A stretch of DNA of 64,000 bases from Desulfosudaceae bacterium (GTDB taxonomy: Bacteria; Desulfobacterota; Desulfobacteria; Desulfobacterales; Desulfosudaceae). The notes beneath the pieces were generated by a model that saw only the letters and a list, made by a program, of their open reading frames with translations, was not told the origin of the DNA and ran no database searches. The position numbers were made by a program, and so were the translations under genes. Position 1 is the stretch's first letter. Each line of letters starts with the position of its first letter. Where the stretch lies: NCBI GenBank assembly GCA_963674745.2, contig CAXXDV010000001.1:1-64000 (forward strand), written 5' to 3'. Shown piece by piece: positions 9,224 through 19,994 of this stretch.

Positions 9224-11170
9224 ATGTCAGAAAACAACCTGCGTAAAATATATCTGAAAAAAAAAAGCCTGGTACAGGCGCAAAAAATAATCAACCACAC
9301 CTTCTTTAAAGAGAGCCCGCCGGCCGTAGAGAAGGTTCCCGTGCCCGAGGCGGTAGGCCGGGTTCTGGCCGAAGGTGTTTGCGCCCGGATATCCGTTCCG
9401 CCCTATCATATTGCGGCCATGGATGGTATTGCCGTGGCCGCCGAGAACACTTTCGGCGCCGGTGAGACCACCCCCAAAATACTAAAAACCGGCAATGAAG
9501 CGTTTTTCGTCAATACCGGCAACCCGCTTCCAGACGGGGCCAACGCCGTCATCATGATCGAAGAGGTCAATATCCTTGACGACCAGCGGGTTGAAATCAT
9601 GGCGCCGACCGTTCCCTGGCGCTACGTTCGCAAGGCCGGTGAAGACATTGTGGCCACGGAACTGGTCCTCCCCGCTCACCACCTGGTCACCCCCATCTGT
9701 GTGGGCGCCCTCTTGTCGGCCGGCATCTTTTCCGTACCGGTCATCCGGCGGCCGGTTGTCCTGATCATTCCCACCGGCGATGAACTGGTCGACTGGCACG
9801 ACAACATGGAAGCAGCCGACCTGCCGCCCGGCAAAACACTGGAAACCAATTCCTTCATGCTGGGGAAACTGGTCGAGGCCAACGGCGGCGAATTTGTCCG
9901 CCATCCTATCCTTCCGGACGACTACCAGCTCATTGAGGAGATCGTGCAGAAAGCCACTCAAAGCGGCCGCTACCAGATGATCTTCCTGGTCGGCGGTTCC
10001 TCGGCCGGTGCCCGCGATTTCTCCCAGGCGGTTATCCGTTCCCTGGGCGAGGTCCTGGTCCATGGCGTTACCATCATGCCGGGCAAACCGGTCATCATCG
10101 GTAACATCAACGATATTCCCGTCTGGGGCATACCCGGCTACCCGGTGTCAGCCGTCATTTGTTTTGACCAGCTGGCCTGCCCCCTGCTGCGATTCATGCA
10201 GCGGTTGCCCCAGGCCCAAAAACCCGCGGTTACCGCCATAATGGCCAAAAAAGCGGCATCCCGGCTGGGTGTGGAAGAATTTTTGAGGGTCCGACTGGGC
10301 CAGGTCGGTGACCGGGTTGTGGCCACCCAGTTGCCCCGCGGCGCCGGATCCGTGACATCCCTGGCAGAAGCCGACGCCCTGGTACGTGTACCGGCCGATA
10401 CCGAGGGCCTGGACGAAGGCGCTGAGGTCCAGGCCGAACTGATCAAACCCCGGCCGGACCTGGACAATACCCTTGTTATCGTCGGCAGCCATGACAACAC
10501 CCTCAATGTCCTGGCCGACCTGCTCGGCCGCAGCGATCAAAAAGCGGCCCTGGCCTCTTCGCACGTGGGCAGCCTGGGCGGGCTGATTGCCCTGTCCAAA
10601 GGTTACTGCCATCTGGCCGGTTCCCATTTGCTGGATCCGGAAACGGGTGAATACAACCTGTCTTATATAAGACGGCACCTTACCGGCATGAGAATCAAAC
10701 TGGTCAAACTGGTCACCAGGAACCAGGGCCTGATGGTGGCAAAGGGGAATCCGCTGGGCATAAAAGGCTTCACCGACCTGGCCAATGGACAAATCCGATT
10801 CATCAACCGCCAGGCCGGTTCCGGCACCCGGGTGCTCCTGGATTACCGTTTAAAGGAACTGAAGATTAAACCGGCAGAAATCAAGGGGTATGAAAACGAC
10901 GAATATACCCATATGTCCGTGGCCATTGCCGTAGCCAGCGGCACGGCCGACGCCGGTCTGGGCATTCTGGCCGCGGCCCGGGCCCTGGGCCTGGATTTTA
11001 TCCCGGTGGTTACGGAAGAATACGACCTGGTCATTCCGGAGCCCTTCTTTAACCTGCCCGCCATGCAGACCCTGATGACGGTCATCAACTCCCGGGAATT
11101 CGCCGCTCAAGTAGAAGCGATGGGCGGCTATTCCACGGAAAACACCGGCCGGGTGATCGACATTGACTGA
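9224..11170 (+). CDS. MoeA fused to a C-terminal PBP-like (oxyanion-binding) domain
   Basis: AAMDGIAV, PTGDEL, GGSSAG, MPGKP; C-terminal GSHD, GSLGGL, NRQAGSGTR, EEYDL. Confidence 0.9.
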   Translation: MSENNLRKIYLKKKSLVQAQKIINHTFFKESPPAVEKVPVPEAVGRVLAEGVCARISVPPYHIAAMDGIAVAAENTFGAGETTPKILKTGNEAFFVNTGNPLPDGANAVIMIEEVNILDDQRVEIMAPTVPWRYVRKAGEDIVATELVLPAHHLVTPICVGALLSAGIFSVPVIRRPVVLIIPTGDELVDWHDNMEAADLPPGKTLETNSFMLGKLVEANGGEFVRHPILPDDYQLIEEIVQKATQSGRYQMIFLVGGSSAGARDFSQAVIRSLGEVLVHGVTIMPGKPVIIGNINDIPVWGIPGYPVSAVICFDQLACPLLRFMQRLPQAQKPAVTAIMAKKAASRLGVEEFLRVRLGQVGDRVVATQLPRGAGSVTSLAEADALVRVPADTEGLDEGAEVQAELIKPRPDLDNTLVIVGSHDNTLNVLADLLGRSDQKAALASSHVGSLGGLIALSKGYCHLAGSHLLDPETGEYNLSYIRRHLTGMRIKLVKLVTRNQGLMVAKGNPLGIKGFTDLANGQIRFINRQAGSGTRVLLDYRLKELKIKPAEIKGYENDEYTHMSVAIAVASGTADAGLGILAAARALGLDFIPVVTEEYDLVIPEPFFNLPAMQTLMTVINSREFAAQVEAMGGYSTENTGRVIDID

Positions 11171-11201
11171 TCCTGTAATCAAAAACACCTGAACCCATCA
11201 A

Positions 11202-11882
11202 TCAGCTGTTGATCTGATTTAACGCGGCAATGATCGTCTTGACCCCGGCCTCAATACTTATCCGCTCTGTATTGATCACCAGATCATAGTTTAACGGGTC
11301 GGTCACATCCGTGTAAAAATATTTGCGTGAGAATGACCGCCTGTCTGAATCATTTTTTAATATATTCTTTTGGGCTTCGGTTTGGGAAAACCCCAGTTCC
11401 TTTGCCACCCTTTTGACACGGAATGCGAGCGGAGCGATGACACGAACTCTTAAATTCTGATCCAGCGGCAGAATAAACTGCGCGCCGCGGCCGACGATAA
11501 CTGCCCGGCCGTGTTTGCCGATGATGCCGACGACTTTCATCAGATGCCGTGAAAACTCGTCCGGCCAGAGGTGACGATCCTGGACCATGGCGGCAATGGA
11601 ATCTTCAATCACCGACAGGCCTTTTTCGTCCAGCGTTTCCATCATTCGCGTGCTGGTATTAGCGCTTTGGGCCATCTCCTGAATGACCTCACGATGAAAA
11701 AGATCAAAGCCCAGTGCTTCGGCCAGTTTGGCGGCCAGCAGGGTCCCTCCGCTCCCGAATTCCCGCGAGATGGAAACGACATTGATTCCGGTCGGCACAT
11801 CTTTTTTTTCTGCTTTGAATCGCGTCCACCGGAGAACCTGATCTTCAACGATTTGTTCAATGGATTTTCTGGATGTTTTCAT
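11202..11882 (-). CDS. Cytidylate kinase-like family protein
   Basis: ISREFGSGG, VIVGRGAQFIL, YDLVINT; GGAGG RBS. Confidence 0.85.
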   Translation of the reverse strand: MKTSRKSIEQIVEDQVLRWTRFKAEKKDVPTGINVVSISREFGSGGTLLAAKLAEALGFDLFHREVIQEMAQSANTSTRMMETLDEKGLSVIEDSIAAMVQDRHLWPDEFSRHLMKVVGIIGKHGRAVIVGRGAQFILPLDQNLRVRVIAPLAFRVKRVAKELGFSQTEAQKNILKNDSDRRSFSRKYFYTDVTDPLNYDLVINTERISIEAGVKTIIAALNQINS

Positions 11883-12394
11883 ACGCCCTCCCTGACAGAT
11901 TTTTGAAAACTGTCGGGCCAGTCAAATCGGCGTTAAAAAAGGAATGCGGCTTAGAAGATATCGGTTCCGGCGTTTCGTTGAAAATGGCCTTTTTGAATGG
12001 GCTTGTGACGTTTTCAACAACCTGTGCGTTTAAGCGTTTGTGGTTGGCCCGGATTTCTCCAGATCAGACCGACACGGCGAGAAAACCGGGTGGGGTCATT
12101 GGATGATTGATCTCTTTATACCACGAGTCAAAGGCACAACTCAAACAAAAACTCATTATCTTAAATAAAAACCGAATTTTACATTAGACTTTTGCCCTGT
12201 TTTAATAAAATATGGTATAATATTTTTTGATTATCAAAAGCCGCCCGGTTCCCGGACGGCGCACCCATATCAGCCCGAGACATCATGATTGATTCCCCCT
12301 TTTCCCGTCTGAGCCGGAACGGGGTTGATTGAAAGATATCCGTGATGATATGCTTCTTAAAATTCAATGGTTAATCAGACAGGAGTGTTCTCAC

Positions 12395-13318
12395 ATGAAA
12401 AAAATGATATGGATTGTGGTTGTCATTATTGTGCTGGCCGGGGCTGGTGTGGGGTTTCTGTATATCGCCCCGGAAAAAGCGGCTGAAATCTCCTTTGACA
12501 TCACCCGGGGTATCGCCGGGCTGGAAAAGAAAACATTAACGTTGCCGGGCGGCGAAACATACGTGTACCTGGAAGGCGGCAAAGGCGAGCCGACCCTTTT
12601 GTTGCACGGATTCGGCGCCAACAAGGACAACTTTACCCTGATGGCCTGGCATTTAAAAAATTCATGCCATATCATCGCGCCCGATCATATCGGGTTCGGG
12701 GAATCGTCCCACCCCCGGGACGTCAGCTACGGCCCGATCGCCCAGGCCAGACGCCTGCATCAATTTGTTCAGAAGCTGGGGTTGTCTAAAATTCATATCG
12801 GCGGCAGTTCCATGGGCGGCCATATTGCCATGACCTATGCCGCGCTTTATCCTGACGAAGTGAAAAGCATGTGGCTGCTTGATCCCGGCGGTGTCTGGTC
12901 GGCGCCGGAAGGGGAACTGCATAAGCTGTTGGCGGAAGGCGTCAACCCGCTGATCGCGAAAAACGAGGATGAGTTCGCCCGCATTTATCATTTCACCATG
13001 AGCAAACCGCCCCCCATCCCCCGGCCCATCATCGATGTCATGGCCCAGGAACGAATCAATAATATCGAACTTGAAAAAAAGATATTCAAAGAGATTAAAG
13101 CCGACTCGGTGGAAAAAAGAATTGCCGGGCTTATGATTCCGACGCTGATCGTCTGGGGGGATGAAGACCGGGCCATCAGCGTAAAAACCGCTCCCATACT
13201 GCACAAACTGCTGCCCAATTCACAGGTGATCATCATGAAAGGCATCGGCCATCTGCCCATGGTGGAAGCACCCCGCGCCACGGCAAAAGATTATCTTAAA
13301 TTCAGGGCGTCTTTGTAG
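12395..13318 (+). CDS. Membrane-anchored alpha/beta-fold lipase/esterase
   Basis: N-terminal hydrophobic anchor; LLHGFG, GSSMGG nucleophile elbow, WGDED, GHLPMVE; AGGAG RBS. Confidence 0.88.
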   Translation: MKKMIWIVVVIIVLAGAGVGFLYIAPEKAAEISFDITRGIAGLEKKTLTLPGGETYVYLEGGKGEPTLLLHGFGANKDNFTLMAWHLKNSCHIIAPDHIGFGESSHPRDVSYGPIAQARRLHQFVQKLGLSKIHIGGSSMGGHIAMTYAALYPDEVKSMWLLDPGGVWSAPEGELHKLLAEGVNPLIAKNEDEFARIYHFTMSKPPPIPRPIIDVMAQERINNIELEKKIFKEIKADSVEKRIAGLMIPTLIVWGDEDRAISVKTAPILHKLLPNSQVIIMKGIGHLPMVEAPRATAKDYLKFRASL

Positions 13319-13319
13319 C

Positions 13320-16300
13320 TTAATCTGCTTTTGTAAACCGGTCGACCAGCCGGGCATGCAGGGAATAGAGTACCGGTACCACCACCAGGGTCAGAAAGGT
13401 GGCCAGCATCAGGCCGAATATGACCACAATGGCCATAGACCGCCAGTACTGGGAGGATTCGCTTACCAGGGAAATTGACAGTTCCCGGAAATTGATGGAA
13501 ACGCCGGTGACCATGGGAATAAGTCCCAGGATAGTGGTGATGGCCGTGAGCATGACCGGCCGGAAACGGGTGGCCCCGCCGGCGATAACGGCCTGACGCA
13601 GGTCCATGCCGGTAGCTCTCAACTTGTTGGTATAGTCGATCAGGACGATGGCATTGTTGACCACCACCCCGGCCAGGGAGATAATGCCGACACCGGTCAT
13701 GATGATGGAAAATGGGGAGTTGATGAGGGTCAATCCCAGAAAGGCCCCGCCCAGGGAAAGCAACACAGAGGTCATGATAATAAAGGGTTGCACCACCGAA
13801 TTAAACAGCGTCACCAGGATGAAAAAAATCAGGAATACGGCGATGATAAAGGCCTTGGACAAAAACGCTCCCGCTTCTTCCTGCTCTTGGTTTTCTCCGG
13901 TAAAGGTAATTTCATAGCCCCGGGGCAGCTCAAAATCTGAAAGCAATTTTTCGGCCTGCATACGCAACACACTACCCGGCACCTTGGTTTCATCCACATT
14001 GGCATCGACCGTAATGACCCGCTTATGGTCGATGCGGGTAATATCACCGATACTGCCGGTATAGCTGATATCGGCCAGGGTGGTCAGGGGTACCACCTCG
14101 CCGTTGGGTGCCGGGATTAGCAGTTTGTGCAACACCTCGGTGGTATAACGATCCTTCTCGGACAGACGCACGCTGATGTCGTAATCCTCACCTTCTTCCC
14201 GGTAGGTTGAAACATTGACCCCGTTAAAAGCGGTTTTCAGGGCATAGCCGATGGTGCCGGTGGAAAGTCCGAACGCCGAGGCTTTCTGCCGGTCTATTTT
14301 GACCTGAATGGACGGAATTGATTCCACGTAATCATCCCTGACATCCTGAATGTTCGGAAGTTGAGAGATAATCTCACGGATTTTACGGGCCAGCGTGCCC
14401 AGCACCTTGTAATCGGTTCCTGAAATCTCGATATTGATGGGCGCGCCGGTCGGCGGCCCCTGGTCTTCTTCCTTGATGGAAATGCGCGCCCCTGATATAT
14501 CCCGGACACGTTCGCGAATTTGTTTTATCTCGTCAAAGGTCGGATGCGTGCGATCTTCCAGATCAATAAACTGGACCCCCAGGTGAGAGACACTGTTGTT
14601 GGAAAAAATGCTGGTACTGGCTTTGAGGGCGCTGGTGGCATAGATATGCTCGACGTTTCCAAGGTCACTGGGACCTGTAAAGGTTTCCCCGCCCCTGGTC
14701 CGGTGTTGTTCGGGCACATAAGCCTCATCATACAGCTCAAGTGGAATATGGTCGGTCACCTCGGGATGTCTGTCCATGACGCCGGAAATGGCGATCTCCA
14801 CCCGGCGCACGATTTTATCAATATAATCCAGGTCTGCCCCTTCGGGGGGATCCACGTTTATATAAATATTTTTGGGTTCCGTTGTGGCAAAGAACTCCAC
14901 TGGCCGTTCCACGCCCACCACCACCAGCCATAGCAGAATACAGACAATCAGCATACCAAAAGAACCGAACAGCACTTTAACGGGATTGTCCAGCACTTCG
15001 TCCATCAATCGGCTGTACATGGTCAGGGTGCGACCGGTAATTTTAACCGGCTTCTCGCCTTCGGCGGCGATTTCTTTGGCGGTCTTATGGCTTGCCGATA
15101 CGCCCCCCCCATCCTTCAATTTCATAAAATAGGTGGTCAGGACCGGGTTGATGACCATGGCCACAAAAAGGCTGGAGGAAAGGGTGACCACCAGGGTGAT
15201 GGGCAGGTATTTCATGAATTCCCCCATAATACCGGGCCAGAATATCATGGGGAGAAAAGCGGCCACCGTGGTCAGGGTGGAGCCGATCACCGGATAGGCC
15301 ACTTCCGAAGTGGCGGACATAGCCGCCTGCAGCCGGGGTACTCCCTGCTCCATGTAACGATAAATGTTCTCCACGATTACGATGGCATTATCCACCAGCA
15401 TGCCCAGAGCCAGGGTCAGGGAAAACAGGACCACCATGTTCAGGGTTACCCCCAGGGCGTAGAGCAAAATAAACGAGGTCAGCATGGAAAAAGGGATGGC
15501 CAGGCCCACCAGCAGGGCGTTACGGAATCCCAAAGAAAAAAGAAGCACCACCACCACCAGCAACAGGCCGGAAAGGATGTTGTTCTCCAGATCCTTGACC
15601 ATATTATGGATATCCTTGGCCTGATCCATGAGCTTGGTAACGGCAATCCCGGGCGGCCATTGCGCCTGGCGTTGGGCGATCAGGGCGTCGACGGCTTCGG
15701 CAATGGTGATGATATTTTCGCCCGAGCGTTTTTTTACCGAAATGTTGACGGAATTACGGCCGTCCAGGCGGGAACGGCTGGTTTCGTCCTTGAAGTCATC
15801 CACCACCCTGGCCACATCCTTCAAGTAAACAGGGCGGCCGTCATGGGTCGCCACCACCAGGCCATAGACGTCCTCGGGCGTATCAAACTCCCCGGGCACG
15901 CGGATCTGGAAGCGTCCGTCCCCGAGGGTAATATTACCGCCGGTGGTGTTCTGGTTTTCCCCGGGCACAATCGTTTGAAAAGCCGTAATGGGGATTCGAT
16001 AGTAGGCCAGTTTGTCCGGGTCGACCTCGATCCGGATTTCCCGCTCCCTGGTACCGGTGACATCAACTTCAAGCACGCCGGTAACGGCCTCTATGTCATC
16101 TTCCAGGTCATCGGCGATCTTCTTTAGAACCCGCATGTTGTAGGGTCCGGCCAGGGAATAAACCACAATGGGCCAGTCTGAAAAATTGACTTCGTAAACG
16201 GCCGGATCATCTTCCAGATCGGTGGGCAGTTCCGGGGCCGCCTCATCGACCTTGTTTCTCACCTTCTGCAGCACATCGTCAATATCGGTACCGGGGATAA

Positions 16301-16583
16301 ATTCGATATCGATGTAAGAAACCCCCTCTGTGCTGACCGATTTGATCTGCTTGACATCTTCCAGGTTCTTGAGCTTGTTTTCGATTTGAATCGTAATGGA
16401 AGACTCGATGTCTTCGGATGCCACGCCCCGGTAGTTGGTCGAAACAAACACATGGGGAACTTCAATATCAGGGGCGCTCTCCCTGGGCAGGGTCAGGTAG
16501 CACCAGGTACCGGTAAAGAAAATAATAATCGCCAGAACGACCACACTGACGCGGTTTTTGATTGCGGTATCGGAAATAATCAT
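13320..16583 (-). CDS. RND efflux inner-membrane permease (AcrB/AcrD/AcrF family)
   Basis: GMLVDNAIVIVENI, GVVVNNAIVLIDY, RFRPVMLTAITTILGLIP; 1087 aa. Confidence 0.95.
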   Translation of the reverse strand: MIISDTAIKNRVSVVVLAIIIFFTGTWCYLTLPRESAPDIEVPHVFVSTNYRGVASEDIESSITIQIENKLKNLEDVKQIKSVSTEGVSYIDIEFIPGTDIDDVLQKVRNKVDEAAPELPTDLEDDPAVYEVNFSDWPIVVYSLAGPYNMRVLKKIADDLEDDIEAVTGVLEVDVTGTREREIRIEVDPDKLAYYRIPITAFQTIVPGENQNTTGGNITLGDGRFQIRVPGEFDTPEDVYGLVVATHDGRPVYLKDVARVVDDFKDETSRSRLDGRNSVNISVKKRSGENIITIAEAVDALIAQRQAQWPPGIAVTKLMDQAKDIHNMVKDLENNILSGLLLVVVVLLFSLGFRNALLVGLAIPFSMLTSFILLYALGVTLNMVVLFSLTLALGMLVDNAIVIVENIYRYMEQGVPRLQAAMSATSEVAYPVIGSTLTTVAAFLPMIFWPGIMGEFMKYLPITLVVTLSSSLFVAMVINPVLTTYFMKLKDGGGVSASHKTAKEIAAEGEKPVKITGRTLTMYSRLMDEVLDNPVKVLFGSFGMLIVCILLWLVVVGVERPVEFFATTEPKNIYINVDPPEGADLDYIDKIVRRVEIAISGVMDRHPEVTDHIPLELYDEAYVPEQHRTRGGETFTGPSDLGNVEHIYATSALKASTSIFSNNSVSHLGVQFIDLEDRTHPTFDEIKQIRERVRDISGARISIKEEDQGPPTGAPINIEISGTDYKVLGTLARKIREIISQLPNIQDVRDDYVESIPSIQVKIDRQKASAFGLSTGTIGYALKTAFNGVNVSTYREEGEDYDISVRLSEKDRYTTEVLHKLLIPAPNGEVVPLTTLADISYTGSIGDITRIDHKRVITVDANVDETKVPGSVLRMQAEKLLSDFELPRGYEITFTGENQEQEEAGAFLSKAFIIAVFLIFFILVTLFNSVVQPFIIMTSVLLSLGGAFLGLTLINSPFSIIMTGVGIISLAGVVVNNAIVLIDYTNKLRATGMDLRQAVIAGGATRFRPVMLTAITTILGLIPMVTGVSINFRELSISLVSESSQYWRSMAIVVIFGLMLATFLTLVVVPVLYSLHARLVDRFTKAD

Positions 16584-17719
16584 GGTTGCATTGCCATGGT
16601 TGGATCTGAAACGTTGCGGGTCACCGTGACCTTCTGGCCGTCGGCCACCTGCTTCTGCCCCACGATCACGACATGTTCCCCGAATTCAAGACCGGCGGTA
16701 ATCTCCACGTTAAAGCCTTCCACGATTCCAAGGGACACTTCCCGTGTATGAACCGTCCCGTCATCTTCCACCATCACGGTATGCCGGTCATTGGAAGTAA
16801 CGGCATAAAGGGGCAGCACCACGGCCTTCTTCACGGTCTGCTTGACGACATCCACCCGGCAGAACATGTCCGGCAGGATTTCGGCATCGGAGTTGTTTAC
16901 AAGGATCTCAAGATTATAGAGCCGGGCCATGGGATCGGCGGTTTTAGACAAAAAATATTTTTGGCCGGCAAACATTTTATCGTCCAGGGCGGCGATGGTC
17001 ACGGTAAAATCGGTCAGATTGCGCACGGCCGGCATGTCTGATTCAGGAATGCCCACGGTCACCTTGACGGGGTCGATCTGAAGGATCTCGGCCACTTCCT
17101 GGTTGCCGCTCAGCACCTGGCCGGTATCAATAAACACCTGGTTGACGATTCCGGGAATCGGCGCTTTGATGACGCAATGTTCCAGGTCCAAGGCCGCGTT
17201 TTTCATGGCTGACCGATAATTTTCAACCGAGGCGTTGATGGCGTCCAGGTCCGACTTGCTGGCCAGCTCCTCTTTGTACAGTTCCGAGATCCGTTTTTGA
17301 GAAGCCAGGGCCGACGCCAGGGAAGCTTTGGCCGAATCAAAGGCATTCTCGTATTTGCGGGAATCAATGACGGCCAGGGTGTCGTCTTTTTCAACCACCC
17401 TGCCCTCCTGCGCCCTTTTCTCCAGCACTTCACCGGCCACCTGAGAAACGACTTCGAGTTTGACCCATGGTTCTATAGTGCCGGGAAGGTTGATGCGGTC
17501 ACTGATCGTGCGCGGGTCAAGGGTGTAGGTAATGACATTGACCGTGGCCTCCTGCTGGCCCAGTTCGGATTGACGCCTTTTTTCCACACCCGCTTTTCGC
17601 ACCTGAAAGACAATGGCCAGCGTGATTATCAGGGTCAGAACCAAACAGGCCAGGATGATCCAGAGCAGGCTTCGACCTGGCGCTTTATCCATCTGTACTT
17701 CTGAGTTTAACATGTTCAT
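16580..17719 (-). CDS. RND periplasmic adaptor (MFP) subunit
   Basis: N-terminal TM, lipoyl-like halves (QVAGEV..EGRVVEKDD, IKAPIPGIV), GLEFGEHVVIVGQ; overlaps both neighbours by 4 nt. Confidence 0.92.
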   Translation of the reverse strand: MNMLNSEVQMDKAPGRSLLWIILACLVLTLIITLAIVFQVRKAGVEKRRQSELGQQEATVNVITYTLDPRTISDRINLPGTIEPWVKLEVVSQVAGEVLEKRAQEGRVVEKDDTLAVIDSRKYENAFDSAKASLASALASQKRISELYKEELASKSDLDAINASVENYRSAMKNAALDLEHCVIKAPIPGIVNQVFIDTGQVLSGNQEVAEILQIDPVKVTVGIPESDMPAVRNLTDFTVTIAALDDKMFAGQKYFLSKTADPMARLYNLEILVNNSDAEILPDMFCRVDVVKQTVKKAVVLPLYAVTSNDRHTVMVEDDGTVHTREVSLGIVEGFNVEITAGLEFGEHVVIVGQKQVADGQKVTVTRNVSDPTMAMQP

Positions 17720-19029
17720 TTATCACCAGGTGCTTTCATGACGGTATCCGAAAAGGTGCCCGTCACTTTTTCCAGGCGCAGGCAGGACACGGCGCAGGCA
17801 AACTCGGCCGCAGCCAGTTCCTTGGCTGCCTGGGTATAAAGGGTGTTTGCGTCTATTTTATCAATACTGGTGGCCAGGCCCTGTTCGAACTGCCTGGAAA
17901 CAGCCTCAAAATTTTCACGGGCAAAAGCCAGCTTGTCATCAAGCGCCCGGCGTCGCTCGACCCGTGAACCAAGATCCCGCCAAGCCTGCTCGACCTCTAC
18001 AACAATGTCTTTTTCAAGGGCGTCAACGGCCAGCCGGGCCTTTTCAAGTTCTGCCCGGGCCGTACCGGTGTTGGCCCTGCGCAGACCACCGTCGAATATC
18101 GGCACGTTCACCATGACTTTACCGTAGGTACTGTCCTCCTCCAGGGAGAACAGCTCCATTTCATCCGTCCGGGTACTGGTATACCCCCCTTCCAGCGAAA
18201 TCGTGGGCCAGTAGGCGCTCTTTTCCAGCTTGATCTGGGATTCGGCCATTTTTTCCGCCACCTTCAGGGCTTTTAAATCCGGCCGGCCGGCCAGGGCCTG
18301 ATCTTTCAGATCAGCCAGGGTCCGGGCTGAAAGAGTTGTTGTGACCGGATCCCGGGGTGGCGCCAGCGAATAGCCGTCTTCAAGCCCCACCAGTCGGCCC
18401 AGGGAGGACTCGGCCAGATACCGGCCGTTTTCGGCATCGGTCAGATCGGCCCTGGCACTGGACAGTTCAGCCTCCACCCGGAAGACATCCGGCCGGGTCA
18501 CCACGCCCAGACGAAGTTTGGCCTCGATAGCGAACTTGTGTCTTTCAAGCCGCTCGAGGTTTTCCCGGGCGGCCGTTTGCATTTCAGCGGCCTTGAGTGC
18601 GTCATAATAAGTGGCGGCCACCTGAAACAGGTAATTCTCCCGTACATCTCTCAGCTGATATTCTTTACCTTCGATATTATCGGCGGCAATGCCGAAAGCC
18701 ATCAGCTCGCGCCCGTTCAAGGTAAAGGTGTAGTTGAGCAACCCCCCCCAGGTGTTGGACCATTCGGGCTGGAGGGTGTTTGCTTTTGCGTTTCGGGTAT
18801 AATTGTCAAAGGCAGAGACCCGGGGCACCAGGGCGGAAAAAGCCGCGTCCTTATAATTCTGCGCGATGGCCAGATCGATCTCGGCGATTTTAATGGTCTC
18901 CGCCCGCTCCAGCGCATACCCATAAAGGTCATCCAGCGTATAAGCCCTTGATGCCGGCTGGGCCGGTAAAGTGACCGGTAAAGCCAGGAGCAGAACAGAT
19001 AAAAAGATATATTTTAATTTAAAGCACAT
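17716..19029 (-). CDS. TolC family outer-membrane efflux protein
   Basis: Signal peptide; duplicated helical OEP repeats; RPDLKA, YWPTISL, VPIFDGG. Confidence 0.9.
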   Translation of the reverse strand: MCFKLKYIFLSVLLLALPVTLPAQPASRAYTLDDLYGYALERAETIKIAEIDLAIAQNYKDAAFSALVPRVSAFDNYTRNAKANTLQPEWSNTWGGLLNYTFTLNGRELMAFGIAADNIEGKEYQLRDVRENYLFQVAATYYDALKAAEMQTAARENLERLERHKFAIEAKLRLGVVTRPDVFRVEAELSSARADLTDAENGRYLAESSLGRLVGLEDGYSLAPPRDPVTTTLSARTLADLKDQALAGRPDLKALKVAEKMAESQIKLEKSAYWPTISLEGGYTSTRTDEMELFSLEEDSTYGKVMVNVPIFDGGLRRANTGTARAELEKARLAVDALEKDIVVEVEQAWRDLGSRVERRRALDDKLAFARENFEAVSRQFEQGLATSIDKIDANTLYTQAAKELAAAEFACAVSCLRLEKVTGTFSDTVMKAPGDK

Positions 19030-19068
19030 ATTATACTTTCAGGTTCTTCTCCGAATTGTTTGACCACA

Positions 19069-19230
19069 GGGTTCGAGGATTCAAGGGGTCGAGGGGTCAA
19101 GCATCTGCAAACTGAAACCCAAAACCACATAATCACTGAATGCAATCGGGCACGGCACGCCGTGCCCCTACATAGTCACTAAAGCGACATAATCACGTAA
19201 CCACTTAACCACATAATCACTTAAACACCT
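19069..19230. repeat. Composite repeat block: GG(G/A)(T/G)TC(G/A)A octamers, a REP half-hairpin and AA(C/T)CAC(A/T/G)T octamers
   Basis: 4 octamers at 19069-19100; 2 at 19123-19138; GGGCACGGCACGCCGTGCCCCTAC at 19148-19171; 5 octamers at 19191-19230. Confidence 0.75.
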
Positions 19231-19265
19231 TAAAAAAATAGCCAACAATTAATTCTTTATGAAAG

Positions 19266-19889
19266 TCACGTCGTTTCGTTCATAAGGCCGTTAATGACCA
19301 GTTTTATATAAGCTTCCGCCGTTTTTTCGATATCAAAGGCCGGGTCAAACATGGACTGCAGGCCCAGTCCGTCCCAGGCCCCCATTATCCCGGAAGCAAT
19401 CGCCCGGGGATCGACACGCTTTTGAAACATGCCCGAATCCATGCCTTCCTGAATAATATCGGCCACGATCTTGCGGAAGGCCTCGTACGTCTCCATAAAC
19501 GATCCTTCGAAACGGTCTCTTAACTCGGGTGAGGCGGATACCGAAGCCGCCCAGAACTCCAGGCTGAGGGTGTAAATATGCCTGTGTCCGGCCATCCAGG
19601 CAATAATGGCCCGGCTGTACGCGACCAGCTTTCCCGCGGCATCTTTGCCGGCCGCTCCGACCAGGGCCTCTTCAGCCACGCGCCTGGTCTGCTCGACAAA
19701 ATATTCAAATACCGTAAAAAAAAGATCGTCTTTGCTGCGAAAATATTCATACACCGTTCCTTTGCCGATATCAGCGGCCGACGCCACCTCAGCCACCAGG
19801 GTGTTGGCATACCCTTTTTCGGCAAACATACCGGCGGCCGCCAGAATAATCTGTTCTTTGCGCTCTTTTCGACTGGGCCGCCTGGTCAC
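19266..19889 (-). CDS. TetR/AcrR family regulator of the efflux operon
   Basis: AAAGMFAEKGY..EVASAADIGKGTVYEYFRSKDDLF HTH; GTG start. Confidence 0.92.
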   Translation of the reverse strand: MTRRPSRKERKEQIILAAAGMFAEKGYANTLVAEVASAADIGKGTVYEYFRSKDDLFFTVFEYFVEQTRRVAEEALVGAAGKDAAGKLVAYSRAIIAWMAGHRHIYTLSLEFWAASVSASPELRDRFEGSFMETYEAFRKIVADIIQEGMDSGMFQKRVDPRAIASGIMGAWDGLGLQSMFDPAFDIEKTAEAYIKLVINGLMNETT

Positions 19890-19994
19890 ACCGACACCTG
19901 TTTCTTCCTAAAATCAATGTATTATTTTAATATCCAGACCACTTCGACATACCGGATGAAAGGATTAGCAGCAAAAAAGTCCACCAACCCGACC

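Noticed and set aside
12179..12367. 62-aa minus-strand ORF with an RBS-like GGGGGA before an internal ATG
   Set aside because: Short, no motif, and overlaps the probable promoter region of the lipase.
15087..16127. 346-aa His/Gln-rich plus-strand ORF
   Set aside because: Antisense shadow of the hydrophobic RND permease.
19069..19230. Possible CRISPR array
   Set aside because: Units are 8-bp tandem repeats without unique spacers; no cas genes.
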